A stretch of DNA of 64,000 nt from Acidimicrobiia bacterium (GCA_022828135.1 JAJEJB010000014.1:25079-89078); one strand, 5' to 3'. Shown: positions 22,548 through 31,990, counted from the stretch's first letter. Numbers and translations are program-made. The notes: generated from the sequence alone by a model not told the origin.

Positions 22548-23561
22548 CTAGGGCACGGCCCCGGCGTCGGCCGCGGTGACGTATCCCTCATCGCGCATCC
22601 AGGCGATGGCGTCGGCCAGTGACTCGGCCGTCGGCCGCAGCACGATGCCGGTGTCCTGCTCGGTGGCGGAGTTGTCGCCCGCGCAGTAGTTGAACATGTA
22701 CTCCACGGCCTCGGTGGTCAGCACCAGGTCCCGGCCGAGCCGGTGTGCGATATCCCCGACCCGACCCCAGATCGAGAACAGCGCCCTAGGCGCCGGCACC
22801 GACTTCAGGTCCCGGCCGGTCACGCTCTGCAGCTCCGACAGCAACTCGTCGGCGGTGAGGTGGTGGCCGAACATCAGGTAGCGCCTCGGACCCCTGCCCG
22901 CCTCCATGGAGGCGGCTATCACCGCGGCCACGTCGCGCACGTCGACCATGGTCACCGTGTAGCCGGACCGCGGGATCGGCTTGGTAAGCCAGAGCTTCAA
23001 CGGCTGGAGCTGGATCGACTCGCCGTAGTCGCCGGGGCCGATGGTCAGGGCGGGATAGACGATGACCACGCCGTGCCCCTGGGCCTGGTACCGCCGGGCC
23101 AGGTGCTCGGACTTGGCCTTGGACCGGGGGTAGGCCCCGCCGGCGGTGCCGACCGGGTGGTCGACGGTGACCGGGTCGGTGCGGAACGGGAACAGGGCCT
23201 CCCCGGTGGAGACGTGGACCACCGGGTCGCAGCCCGCTTCGATGGCGGCCTCCAGCACGTTCTGCGCGCCCGGGAAGTTGGTCTCGGACACCTCGATCGC
23301 CGCGGCAGGAGCGATGCTCACCACCGCGGCGGCGTGGACCACGGCGTCGCAGCCGTCGACGGCCGCGGTGACGGCGTCGGCGTCGCGGATGTCGCCCTCG
23401 GCCGTCTCGAGGGAGTCGAGGTCGACGCCCACCCGGGCGGTCACCGTCTCGAGCTTGGGCGGCGTCCGCACCAGGGCCCGCACTCTGTGGCCCGCGTCCT
23501 GGAGCGCCTTGGCCGCGTGGGACCCCACGAAGCCGGTGGCGCCGGTGACCAGAACCCTCAG
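22548..23561 (-). CDS. NAD-dependent epimerase/dehydratase family protein, tandem paralog with apparent CTG start
   Basis: About 70% identical by eye to the 21501..22517 product. Track ORF starts at internal GTG 23528, but the conserved (L)RVLVTGATGFVG region extends to CTG 23561, 6 nt after GGGGAGGGA. Confidence 0.65.
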   Translation of the reverse strand: MRVLVTGATGFVGSHAAKALQDAGHRVRALVRTPPKLETVTARVGVDLDSLETAEGDIRDADAVTAAVDGCDAVVHAAAVVSIAPAAAIEVSETNFPGAQNVLEAAIEAGCDPVVHVSTGEALFPFRTDPVTVDHPVGTAGGAYPRSKAKSEHLARRYQAQGHGVVIVYPALTIGPGDYGESIQLQPLKLWLTKPIPRSGYTVTMVDVRDVAAVIAASMEAGRGPRRYLMFGHHLTADELLSELQSVTGRDLKSVPAPRALFSIWGRVGDIAHRLGRDLVLTTEAVEYMFNYCAGDNSATEQDTGIVLRPTAESLADAIAWMRDEGYVTAADAGAVP

Positions 23562-23601
23562 GGCCGGTCCCTCCCCGACGGGCCCGGGCGGGGTGTTGAC
23601 A

Positions 23602-24498
23602 TCATCCGTGGTCGTCCAGCAGGGCCGAAGCCAGGGAGGCGGCCGTCCCGGGGGTGCGGCGGGCCTCGATGTCGCGGTGGCGGGCCGCGATGGCGGCGTC
23701 GAAGTCGCCGTCGGTGAACAGCCAGAGCTGGTCGGCCAGGATCGCCTCGACCACCATGTCGGCCACCGCCGACGGGCGCAGCGCCTGGGCGTAGAGATCG
23801 CGGACCGCGGCCCTGGTCTCGGATTCGGGCCCGCCGGCGACCATGTCGGAGTCCCACGTCCCGTCGACTCCTGGATGGTCCTGCAGGCGTTCGGGCCGGT
23901 TGCGCTCGGAGTCCAGGATGTTGGTGGAGACCAGACCGGGGCACAGGCAGGTGACGCCCACCCCGGTGCCCTCGGACAGCATCTCGGCGTGCAGGGTCTC
24001 GCTCAGCGCGACCACGCCGTGCTTGGAGACGTTGTAGGGGCCGATCCCCGCCGAGGACAGGTGGCCCAGGATCGACGCGGTGTTGACGATGTGGCCCGAG
24101 CCCCGCTCGATCATGGACCCCAGGAAGGCCTGGCACCCGTGGATGACACCCCAGAGATTTACCCCGAGGCACCACTCCCACGACTTGAGGGACAGTTCCG
24201 TCATGGACCCGGTGGCGGCCACGCCGGCGTTGTTGCACAGCACGTCGGCGGGGCCGTAGGCGTCAACGCAGGCGTCGCGCAGTGCCTCGACCGACGGCCA
24301 CGACGACACGTCGCAGGTGACCGCCATCGCCTCTCCCCCGCGGTCGGTGATCGACTGTACCGTCTCGTTCAGGGGCGGCTCCTCGATGTCGGCCACCACC
24401 ACCCTCATCGATTCGGCCGCGAAACGCTCGGCCATGCCCCGGCCGATGCCGCTGGCACCCCCGGTGACCACCGCTACACGGCCGGCGAGATCCTTCAC
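23602..24498 (-). CDS. short-chain dehydrogenase/reductase (classical SDR)
   Basis: 298 aa. VTGGASGIG, NNAG and YNVSK motifs. Confidence 0.85.
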   Translation of the reverse strand: MKDLAGRVAVVTGGASGIGRGMAERFAAESMRVVVADIEEPPLNETVQSITDRGGEAMAVTCDVSSWPSVEALRDACVDAYGPADVLCNNAGVAATGSMTELSLKSWEWCLGVNLWGVIHGCQAFLGSMIERGSGHIVNTASILGHLSSAGIGPYNVSKHGVVALSETLHAEMLSEGTGVGVTCLCPGLVSTNILDSERNRPERLQDHPGVDGTWDSDMVAGGPESETRAAVRDLYAQALRPSAVADMVVEAILADQLWLFTDGDFDAAIAARHRDIEARRTPGTAASLASALLDDHG

Positions 24499-25361
24499 GG
24501 GGCTAGGGCGGCCAGCGCGTCGTAGTCGATGGCTGCCGCGCCGCCGGAGGGGTGCAGCACCTGGATGCAGACCTGGGTGGCCCCGGCGTCGGCGTGCTCG
24601 GCCAGCCGGCGTTCGATGGCGTCGACATCGCCCCAGGCCACCATGGCGTCCACGAAGCGGTCCGAGAGGCCGTCTATGTCGTCGTCGTCGAAGCCGAGGC
24701 TCTTCCAGCAGTTCCGGTATCCGGGGGCCCGGGTGTAGAACTTCATCACGTTGCCGCCGGTGGCGCGTGCCTGTTCGGCATCGGTGGTGAGCATCACCTT
24801 CTGCTCCACGCAGAGCTGGGGGTCGGGACCCATCACCGAGCGGGCGAAGGCGGTGTGCTCCGGTGTCGTGTTGTACGGGTGGGCGCCGGCGGTGCGCTCG
24901 GCGGCGAGCTCGAGCATCCGGGGGCCGAGGGCGGCCAACACCACCGGCACCTCATCGGGGGGAGGCACCGCGGTGTAGCGAGCCTGATCCATGGCGTCGA
25001 GGTAGGACCGCATGAACGACAGCGGCTTGTCGTAGGGGATGCCGCGGATCTTGCTCACGATCACCGGGCTCGACACGCCGAGGCCCAGCGTGAACCGGCC
25101 GCCGGTCTGCTCCGCGACGGTGTACGCGCCCTGCTTCATCACCCCCGCATGCCGGTTGTAGACGTTGGCGATGCCGGCGGCCAGCGGAAGCGTGGAGGTG
25201 ACCGCTCCGAGATGGGCGGCCAGCGCGAAGGGGTCGCGCCCGAACGTCTCGTTCACCCAGAGCTGGGAGTAGCCGAGATCTTCGACTCGCCTGGCGAAGG
25301 CTGCTGCATCGGCCCCGCTGAGCGCGTCAGGGGCCGCCCAGCACCCGCGATCCACCGCCAT
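24495..25361 (-). CDS. LLM-class probably F420-dependent oxidoreductase
   Basis: 288 aa. Luciferase-like pattern (GYSQLWVNETFGRDPF, RFTLGLGVS). GTGA overlap with the SDR start. Confidence 0.78.
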   Translation of the reverse strand: MAVDRGCWAAPDALSGADAAAFARRVEDLGYSQLWVNETFGRDPFALAAHLGAVTSTLPLAAGIANVYNRHAGVMKQGAYTVAEQTGGRFTLGLGVSSPVIVSKIRGIPYDKPLSFMRSYLDAMDQARYTAVPPPDEVPVVLAALGPRMLELAAERTAGAHPYNTTPEHTAFARSVMGPDPQLCVEQKVMLTTDAEQARATGGNVMKFYTRAPGYRNCWKSLGFDDDDIDGLSDRFVDAMVAWGDVDAIERRLAEHADAGATQVCIQVLHPSGGAAAIDYDALAALAP

Positions 25362-25502
25362 GTGTACTCCCTTCGGCCGACTCGCGGCCCCACGGTACCG
25401 GCGGCAGCGGACTACGTCACTGCCCGCGCGTCAGTCTCTGAGCGCCCGCAGCGGACGGTCCACACGGCGCCAAGGCACGCCACCCATCCTCCAGCGGATG
25501 CC

Positions 25503-25832
25503 CTAGGGAGGCGATGGTCGAGACCACCCCGTGACGACGGGGTGATCTGCCTCGACTGCCTCGACGCGGGCCGCGCCACCCGGCGAATGGAGTCCGCTGA
25601 TCTGGAAGAAGGACGCGTTCACCTCCGCGAATGCTCGGTACTCGGCTGGAAGGAACGCCTCGGGATAGATCGCCTCGACCGGGCAGACCGGCTCGCAGGC
25701 CCCGCAGTCGATGCACTCGTCGGGATGGATGTACAGCATCCGGCCACCCGTGTAGATGCAATCCACCGGGCATTCGGCGATGCAGGCGGCATCCTTGACA
25801 TCGATGCAACTGGGACCGATCACGTAGGTCAC
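25503..25832 (-). CDS. fdxA: 7Fe-type ferredoxin (FdxA-like, [3Fe-4S][4Fe-4S])
   Basis: Start GTG 25832 ([27 protein letters not shown]...[12 protein letters not shown]) inside track ORF 25503..26120. GTGA overlap with the upstream gene. Confidence 0.85.
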   Translation of the reverse strand: MTYVIGPSCIDVKDAACIAECPVDCIYTGGRMLYIHPDECIDCGACEPVCPVEAIYPEAFLPAEYRAFAEVNASFFQISGLHSPGGAARVEAVEADHPVVTGWSRPSPP

Positions 25833-26248
25833 GGACACTCCCGATAGCCGGGGTGCCGGTCGTAGACCCGCTCCAGCATCTCGAAGTACTCGGGCTCGGC
25901 CGCCGCCGACAGTGGGCTGGGCTGTTGGCCGGGGTAGCCGATCAGCTCGCGCACCTCGGCGCTGAGGTAGTAGGCACCCACAACGGTCGTGGTCAGGATG
26001 GCGAAGTCGTCGGGGCGCCCCGCCGCCAGCCCTCGCACGAAGACGTCGAGATCGTCGGCGGGCGCCTCGTCGAGCAAGGCCAGCAGCGGCTCGGCCAGCG
26101 CCGGAGCGGCGTCGAGGCATCGGTCCAGCAGCCCGTCGGCCACGCCGACCGCCGACGCGGCCGGCATGCCCAGTCCTTCGGCCACGAGGACGTCGGCCAG
26201 CCGCGCCAGCGTCAGGCGCTGGTCCGGCGTCGGCCCGGAGTCGCTCAT
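25829..26248 (-). CDS. gluconate 2-dehydrogenase subunit-3-like small subunit partner of the GMC flavoprotein
   Basis: Real start ATG 26248 ([22 protein letters not shown]...[17 protein letters not shown]) within track ORF 25829..26926. ATGA overlap with the GMC gene. No twin-arginine signal seen. Confidence 0.6.
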   Translation of the reverse strand: MSDSGPTPDQRLTLARLADVLVAEGLGMPAASAVGVADGLLDRCLDAAPALAEPLLALLDEAPADDLDVFVRGLAAGRPDDFAILTTTVVGAYYLSAEVRELIGYPGQQPSPLSAAAEPEYFEMLERVYDRHPGYRECP

Positions 26249-27876
26249 GAGGGCACCTCCTGCGAGGCCCGCGCCCCGATCATGTGATCGACGACACGGC
26301 GCGCGTTGGCCATGATCGTGGCCGTCGGGTTGGCCGACCCGCCGGTCACGAACACACCCCCGTCGATCATGTAGAGGTTGGCCACGTCGTGGGCGCGGCA
26401 CCAGCGGTCCACCACCGAGCCCTGCCGGTCGTCGCCCATCCGGGTGGTGCCCAGGACATGGCCGATGCCGGTGGGCCAGATGTCGCGCGTATAGGTGGAC
26501 ACTGCCCCCGCGGCCTCGGCTGCCTCCACGGCGCGGGCCACGTTGAAGTCGAGCATCCTCCGGGTGTTGTCCGACACGGTGTACTCGATCTGCGCCGCCG
26601 GCAGGCCCGAGGAGTCGCACACCGCCGGATCGAGGACCACCCGGTTGTGGTCCTCGGGCAGGTCCTCCGCCTGGATGCCCCAGGTGAAGGCGTGTCCGAA
26701 CACCTCGGCGGCCGCCCGGTGGAAGGACGGACCCCACAAGGCCTCGAAGCCCTCGTGGCTGTGCGCCTCCTGGTACTCCGCCACCGCGAACATCGGCCCG
26801 CCGTGGGGCATGACCATCCACTTCGCGCCTCGTACAAAGTCGCGGTCGGGATGGGTCTCGGCGAACTCCAGCGAGTAGATGCTCTGACCCCACGGACCCT
26901 GCCAGCTGTCGAGAGGATCCTCGCACACGGCCGCCACCGTCCGGTAGGGGTGCTGCATGAGTCGGCGCCCCACCAGTCCCGAGGAGTTGGCCAGACCGTC
27001 CGGGAACCGCGGCGACGCCGACAGCAGCAGCAGCCGGGCCGTTCCCACGGCGTTGGCGGCCAGGATCACCACCTGCGCCGGCTCCAGCCGCTCGACCCCG
27101 TCACGGTCCACATAGACCGCCCCCCGCGCCCGGCCTCGCTCATCGAGGGGAATCTGCGCCACCCGGGCGCCCGTCACCAGCCGGGCGCCCGCGGCCAGCG
27201 CCGCCGGCCAGTGGGTGAGCGACGGGGTGGCTTTGGCGTTCTCGGGGCAGCCCAGCATGCATGTGCCGCGCCGCTGGCAGGCCTGAAGCGAGCGGTGGCG
27301 GCGCGATGCGATGGCATTGGCGCCGGGCCACCAGTGCCAGCCGAGGTGGTCCATGCCCCGGGCGGCGGCCATCCCGATCCTGCCGATCGGGATGGGCGGG
27401 TTGGGGTAGGGGTCCAACTCCGGCAGGGCCGGGTCGCCACCCAGGCCCGACACCGACATCTCCCGGGCCACCCGACTGTACGGCCCGGCTAGATCGGACC
27501 AGCCGATCGGCCAGTCGTCGGAGACGCCGTCGAGGGTCCGCACCCTGAAGTCCGACGCGAGCAGCGGCTGCCACATGGCCGCCCACTGGACCAGTCCCCC
27601 GCCGACGCCGTTGTACATGACCGGGCGCACGTCGGCGTCGCCGGTCAGCGGATAGTCGGCCGGTCCCCGGCGGACGTTCGGATCGGGGCTCCAGCGCTCG
27701 ACCCACGCCAGTTCGGCCTCCGGCCGGTCGCTCATATAGTCCGCCGGGCCCGTCCAGTCGCCCTGTTCGAGACAGACCACCTCGAAACCGGCGGCGGCCA
27801 GGCGAGCGGCCGCGACCGCGCCGGAGGCACCCGCGCCGACAATCACAGCATCCGACTGCCGCCGCTGCGTCATCAT
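26245..27876 (-). CDS. GMC-family FAD-dependent oxidoreductase
   Basis: 543 aa. N-terminal [13 protein letters not shown]...E FAD motif. C-terminal GTTRMG...[13 protein letters not shown] signature. Confidence 0.88.
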   Translation of the reverse strand: MMTQRRQSDAVIVGAGASGAVAAARLAAAGFEVVCLEQGDWTGPADYMSDRPEAELAWVERWSPDPNVRRGPADYPLTGDADVRPVMYNGVGGGLVQWAAMWQPLLASDFRVRTLDGVSDDWPIGWSDLAGPYSRVAREMSVSGLGGDPALPELDPYPNPPIPIGRIGMAAARGMDHLGWHWWPGANAIASRRHRSLQACQRRGTCMLGCPENAKATPSLTHWPAALAAGARLVTGARVAQIPLDERGRARGAVYVDRDGVERLEPAQVVILAANAVGTARLLLLSASPRFPDGLANSSGLVGRRLMQHPYRTVAAVCEDPLDSWQGPWGQSIYSLEFAETHPDRDFVRGAKWMVMPHGGPMFAVAEYQEAHSHEGFEALWGPSFHRAAAEVFGHAFTWGIQAEDLPEDHNRVVLDPAVCDSSGLPAAQIEYTVSDNTRRMLDFNVARAVEAAEAAGAVSTYTRDIWPTGIGHVLGTTRMGDDRQGSVVDRWCRAHDVANLYMIDGGVFVTGGSANPTATIMANARRVVDHMIGARASQEVPS

Positions 27877-27900
27877 ATTGAAATACTATATTGTAGTGAA
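27877..27900. promoter_or_regulatory. conserved AT-rich element ATTGAAATACTATATTGTAGTGAA (copy 1), containing back-to-back -10 boxes
   Basis: 20/24 identical to 31967..31990. TATATT (plus strand, 27887-27892) and TATAGT (minus strand, 27890-27885) fit divergent promoters. Confidence 0.5.
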
Positions 27901-27917
27901 AACAGGTCGTACTTTGG

Positions 27918-28583
27918 GTGGTCAGTAAATTGGTGAAGGTGATTCACTCGCACTCAACATCGCACAACGACACGTCGACATGGCACGCGCCCGCTGTCGA
28001 GACCAGACTTGGCCGCGCGGACCGGCCGCCACTCACCGTGGAGACGGTCGGCAGGGAGATCAAGCGGCTGCGCAAGCTCCGGGAGTGGACCCTGGAGCAG
28101 CTCGCCTCAGCCTCGGGGGTCAGTGCCGGACTGCTCTCGCAGGTGGAGCGGGGACAGGGCAACCCCTCGTTCAACACCCTCGTGCAAGTATCCCACGCCC
28201 TCGGCATCCCGGTGGCGCGGCTCGTGGCCGGCGAACAGATGTCCTCGCCGGTGGTCCGGCGCGAGGAGCGCCGCCGCCTCAATCTGGGCGACAAGGAACT
28301 CGTACTGGCCGAGATGCTCACCCCCCGGCTCGACAGCGCCCTGGAGGCGATCCGGATCGTCACCGAACCGGGGTACTCCACCAAGGACACGCCGTTCGTG
28401 CACGAGGGCGAGGAGTTCGGAATCGTCCTGGAGGGAACCCACGCCGTGAACGTCGGCGGCGCCCACTACGTGCTGAGGGCCGGCGACTCGATCTCCTACA
28501 GTTCCACGATTCCTCACTGGTACGAGAACCCCGGTGAGGTCACCTCGGTGTCGCTGTGGGTGGTGACCCCGCCGAGCTTCTGA
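27918..28583 (+). CDS. XRE-family HTH transcriptional regulator with C-terminal cupin domain
   Basis: HTH IKRLRKLREWTLEQLASASGVSAGLLSQVERGQGNPS. Cupin GEEFGIVLEG...GDSISY. Start uncertain: GTG 28038 would give a more typical 181-aa protein. Confidence 0.8.
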   Translation: MVSKLVKVIHSHSTSHNDTSTWHAPAVETRLGRADRPPLTVETVGREIKRLRKLREWTLEQLASASGVSAGLLSQVERGQGNPSFNTLVQVSHALGIPVARLVAGEQMSSPVVRREERRRLNLGDKELVLAEMLTPRLDSALEAIRIVTEPGYSTKDTPFVHEGEEFGIVLEGTHAVNVGGAHYVLRAGDSISYSSTIPHWYENPGEVTSVSLWVVTPPSF

Positions 28584-28597
28584 GGGGCCGAGCGGCA

Positions 28598-29959
28598 ATG
28601 GACACCCCCGTCATCCGACCGGCCGTCGAAGCCCCCGTGGCGACCCGGAGCGACGTGGTAGTGGTGGGGGGCGGGCCGGCGGGCCTGGCTGCAGCGGTCT
28701 CAGCGGCGCGCCAAGGCGCGAGCGTCACCCTCCTGGAGCGCTACGCCTACCTGGGCGGCCTGGCCGCGGGAGGAATGGTCCTGGTGCTCGACGACTTCGC
28801 CGACGGCGCGACCGAGATCACCGTGCGCGGCATCGCCCAGGAGATGGTGGAGCGCCTGCATGCGCTCGGACTGGCCGTCTACCCGCCCCCCGGCGACCGC
28901 ATCCTCAGCGACGAGATGTGGCGTCGCTGGTCCCGCTGGGGCTTGTTCGACCTCTACGCCAAGGGACCCAGGAAGTCCATCGTCTACGCCGTGGCCTTCG
29001 ATCCCGACGGCTGGAAGCGGGTCTCCAACGACCTCGTGGCGGAGGCCGGGGTCGATGTCCGGCTCCATTCCTGGTACTCGACGCCGGTCATGGAGGGCGA
29101 CACCATCAGAGGCGTGGTCTGCGAGACCAAGAGCGGCCCCCAGGCCGTTCTGGGCGATGTCGTGATCGATGCCAGCGGCGACGCCGACGTGGCTGCGAGT
29201 GCCGGCGCGCCCTTCGTGGAGGGCTCCTACATGGTGACCACCGTCTTCCGTCTCGGGAACATCGACACCGAAGCGGCCGAGCGCTTCGAGCACTCCGAGC
29301 CCGCCGAGTGCCACAAAGTGAACCGCGCCGCTCGGCGCATCCTCGGCGGCTCCTGGGCCCAGTGGTGGCTGAAGACGCCCCTGCCCGGCGTGGTTTGGTG
29401 CAACTGCCCGCACATGAGCGGCTACGACGGGTTGAGCGTCGAGGATCTCACCGCCGCCGACCGCGAGGGGCGCCAGCGCATCGCCGGCCTCCTGGATTAT
29501 GTGCGCGAGCACTATCCGGGTTTCGAGAACGCGGTGGTGATCGATGTGGCGCCCCAGATCGGGGTGCGGCAGTCGCGCCTCATCGAGGGCGAGTACGTCG
29601 TGACCAAGGACGACGTGGTGGACCGCGTGCACTTCGCCGACAGCGTGGCCCGCGGCCGCGGCTACTACACCCCGTACCGGGCGCTGCTGCCGCAGCACGT
29701 GGAGCAGCTGCTCGTGGCCGGTCGGCACTATTCGGTGACTTCCGAGGCCCAGAAGCTGTCCAGGGAGATACCGCCCTGCATGTCGATGGGCGAGGCGGCG
29801 GGCACGGCCGCGGTCGAGGCCCTGGACTCCGGCGTCACCGTCCGCAAGGCAGACGTGGCCGCAGTGCAGCGGCGCCTGCGCCGCGAGGGCGCCGACCCGG
29901 GCGACATCCCGTCGCCGCGGGCGCGCCCGGCCGACAGCACACTGGCGGCAGCCTCGTGA
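28598..29959 (+). CDS. FAD-dependent oxidoreductase (FAD_oxidored/PF12831-like)
   Basis: Start ATG 28598 (MDTPVIRP...). DVVVVGGGPAGLAAAVSAARQGASVTLLER dinucleotide-binding motif. Confidence 0.8.
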   Translation: MDTPVIRPAVEAPVATRSDVVVVGGGPAGLAAAVSAARQGASVTLLERYAYLGGLAAGGMVLVLDDFADGATEITVRGIAQEMVERLHALGLAVYPPPGDRILSDEMWRRWSRWGLFDLYAKGPRKSIVYAVAFDPDGWKRVSNDLVAEAGVDVRLHSWYSTPVMEGDTIRGVVCETKSGPQAVLGDVVIDASGDADVAASAGAPFVEGSYMVTTVFRLGNIDTEAAERFEHSEPAECHKVNRAARRILGGSWAQWWLKTPLPGVVWCNCPHMSGYDGLSVEDLTAADREGRQRIAGLLDYVREHYPGFENAVVIDVAPQIGVRQSRLIEGEYVVTKDDVVDRVHFADSVARGRGYYTPYRALLPQHVEQLLVAGRHYSVTSEAQKLSREIPPCMSMGEAAGTAAVEALDSGVTVRKADVAAVQRRLRREGADPGDIPSPRARPADSTLAAAS

Positions 29960-31140
29960 GCGGTCCCGCTCCCCAACCGCTGGCCGGGATCAGAGTCCTG
30001 GACTTCTCGCAGATCCTGATGGGCCCGGTCGCCACCCAGCTACTGGCCGACCACGGCGCCGACGTGCTGAAGATCGAACGCCCCGGCAGCGGCGACATCT
30101 TCCGCCAGGCGCTCGACGACCCCGACGGTGCCGAGCACCCGGCATTCGGTGCCGTGAACCGCAACAAGCGCAGCATCGTCGTCGATGTCCGCGACCCCCG
30201 GGGTCTGACCCTGATCGACGATCTCGTCGCCGCGGCCGACGTGGTGGTCAACAACTACCGGCCGGAGGTGATGGAGCGGCTGGGCCTGGGCTACGAGCGC
30301 CTCTCGGGGATCAATCCCGGCATCGTCTACGCCCAGGGCACCGGATTCGGCACCGGCGGGGTCTACGCCCGCAAGGGCGGCCAGGACATACTCGCCCAGG
30401 CCCTGACCGGGGCGATGTCACACAAGGCCGATCCGGACCACCCGACCGCCATATACCCCGTCTCGCTGGCCGACTACACCGCGGGCATGCACATGGTGCA
30501 GGGGATCCTGATGGCACTGCTCCAGCGGACCCGGACCGGACGGGGCCAGAGGGTGGAGGTCTCGCTCTACGACTCGCTCCTTGCCATGCAGCTCCTGGAG
30601 GCCACCATGGCGCTGATGGGCCGCGACGCCCTCAACTGGGCGCGAATGCCCCTCGTGGGCACGTTCGCCACGGCCGACGGCGAGGTCGTGCTGGTTGGGG
30701 CGTTCAAGCCGAACCCGCTGCGAGACATCTGCGAGGCGCTGGACCTCGAGGACCTCTCGGCCGACCCCGCCTTCGCCACCATGGCCGACCAGGCCGCCAA
30801 CCGTCCCCGCCTCCAGGCCCTGATCGCCGCGGCGATCGGCGGGTTCACTTCGACAGAGGTGATCGAGCGGCTGGAGGCGCAGGACGTGCTATGCGCGCCG
30901 GTACGAACCCTCGGCGAAGCGCTGGAGGACCCGCACACCGCATCCATGATCGTGGAGATGCCCCGCCCGGGCCGCGCCCCGCTGCGGTCGGTGGCGTCGC
31001 CGGTACACCTGCCCGACGCGCCGGCTCCGGTGCACCGCCCACCGCCGGCGCCGGGCGCGGGCGCGGCCGAGGCGCTGGCGGACTACGGGATCGCGCCCGA
31101 GCGCATCGGCGCGCTGACCGCGGCCGGGGTAATGGCGTGA
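29956..31140 (+). CDS. CaiB/BaiF family (class III) CoA-transferase
   Basis: Start GTG 29956 (GTGA overlap). LAGIRVLDFSQILMGPVATQLLADHGADVLKIERP is the class III CoA-transferase N-terminal signature. The upstream 340 aa of track ORF 28918..31140 are out-of-frame shadow. Confidence 0.88.
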   Translation: MSGPAPQPLAGIRVLDFSQILMGPVATQLLADHGADVLKIERPGSGDIFRQALDDPDGAEHPAFGAVNRNKRSIVVDVRDPRGLTLIDDLVAAADVVVNNYRPEVMERLGLGYERLSGINPGIVYAQGTGFGTGGVYARKGGQDILAQALTGAMSHKADPDHPTAIYPVSLADYTAGMHMVQGILMALLQRTRTGRGQRVEVSLYDSLLAMQLLEATMALMGRDALNWARMPLVGTFATADGEVVLVGAFKPNPLRDICEALDLEDLSADPAFATMADQAANRPRLQALIAAAIGGFTSTEVIERLEAQDVLCAPVRTLGEALEDPHTASMIVEMPRPGRAPLRSVASPVHLPDAPAPVHRPPPAPGAGAAEALADYGIAPERIGALTAAGVMA

Positions 31141-31910
31141 GCATCGATCTGGTCGTCAGCGACCATGTCGCCAGGGTGACGATCAACCGCCCCGAGCGGC
31201 TGAACGCCATCGACCAGTCCCACCAGGACGAGCTGAGGCGGGCCTGGGAGGCCATCGAGGCGGACCGCTCGGTGCGGGTTGTGGTGCTCACCGGTGCCGG
31301 CGACCGGGCATTCTGCGCCGGCGACGACATGCGGGCCGAGGGCCCCACCGGCCTCGACTACTGGCTGCACGCCCGCAGGCACGGCTTCGGCCACCTGACG
31401 CTGCGCGACTCCCTGGATGTGCCGGTGCTGGCCCGAGTCAACGGCTACGCCCTCGGAGGCGGCCTGGAGCTGGTGGTGGGATGCGACCTGGCCGTGGCGT
31501 CGGAGGACGCCGTCCTGGGCTTCGTGGAGCCCCGGCTCGGCCGCCTGCCGCTCGACGGGGGAATCGTGTCGCTGGCCCGGCAGCTACCGGCCAAGTGGGC
31601 CATGGAGGTCCTGCTGACGGGCAGGCGGTTCAGCGCGGCCGAGGCGCTCGCGCTGGGCCTGCTGAACGAGGTCGTGCCCGCCTCCGAACTTGACGCCGCC
31701 ACCGACCGCTGGCTGGAGAACCTGCTGGCGTGCGCGCCGCTGTCGCTGCGGGCCATCAAGCAGATCGTCCGCCGCACCGCCCACATGACCGCGGCCGACG
31801 CGCGCATGGCGAACCTCCCGGCCCTGATGGAGGTGCTGGCATCGTCCGACGGCGAGGAGGGAGTCCGCGCCTTCAGCGAGAAGCGCGCCCCGCGCTGGGA
31901 GGGCCGCTGA
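31137..31910 (+). CDS. enoyl-CoA hydratase/isomerase family protein
   Basis: Start GTG 31137 (GTGA overlap). VTINRPERLNAI, VVLTGAGDRAFCAGDD, NGYALGGGLEL. Confidence 0.88.
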   Translation: MSIDLVVSDHVARVTINRPERLNAIDQSHQDELRRAWEAIEADRSVRVVVLTGAGDRAFCAGDDMRAEGPTGLDYWLHARRHGFGHLTLRDSLDVPVLARVNGYALGGGLELVVGCDLAVASEDAVLGFVEPRLGRLPLDGGIVSLARQLPAKWAMEVLLTGRRFSAAEALALGLLNEVVPASELDAATDRWLENLLACAPLSLRAIKQIVRRTAHMTAADARMANLPALMEVLASSDGEEGVRAFSEKRAPRWEGR

Positions 31911-31953
31911 GCCGTCGCCGCAGACCCGGGCGGCGAACCGCCCACAGTTGCGA

Positions 31954-31982
31954 TTGACTTCTATTTATTGAAGATCTATATT
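31954..31982 (+). promoter_or_regulatory. sigma-70-like promoter TTGACT-N17-TATATT for the BMP ABC transporter operon
   Basis: Read directly. A GGGAGG SD and ATG 32013 follow about 30 nt downstream. Confidence 0.6.
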
Positions 31983-31990
31983 TTAGTGAA
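31967..31990. promoter_or_regulatory. conserved AT-rich element ATTGAAGATCTATATTTTAGTGAA (copy 2)
   Basis: 20/24 identical to 27877..27900. Overlaps the spacer, the -10 box and the predicted transcription start of the BMP operon promoter. Confidence 0.5.

Noticed and set aside
26249-26926. N-terminal extension of track ORF 25829..26926
   Set aside because: It overlaps the GMC oxidoreductase gene in another frame. The small-subunit family sequence starts at ATG 26248.
28918-29955. N-terminal 346 codons of track ORF 28918..31140
   Set aside because: This part is out-of-frame overlap with the FAD oxidoreductase gene. The CoA-transferase signature only begins at GTG 29956, which overlaps the upstream stop.
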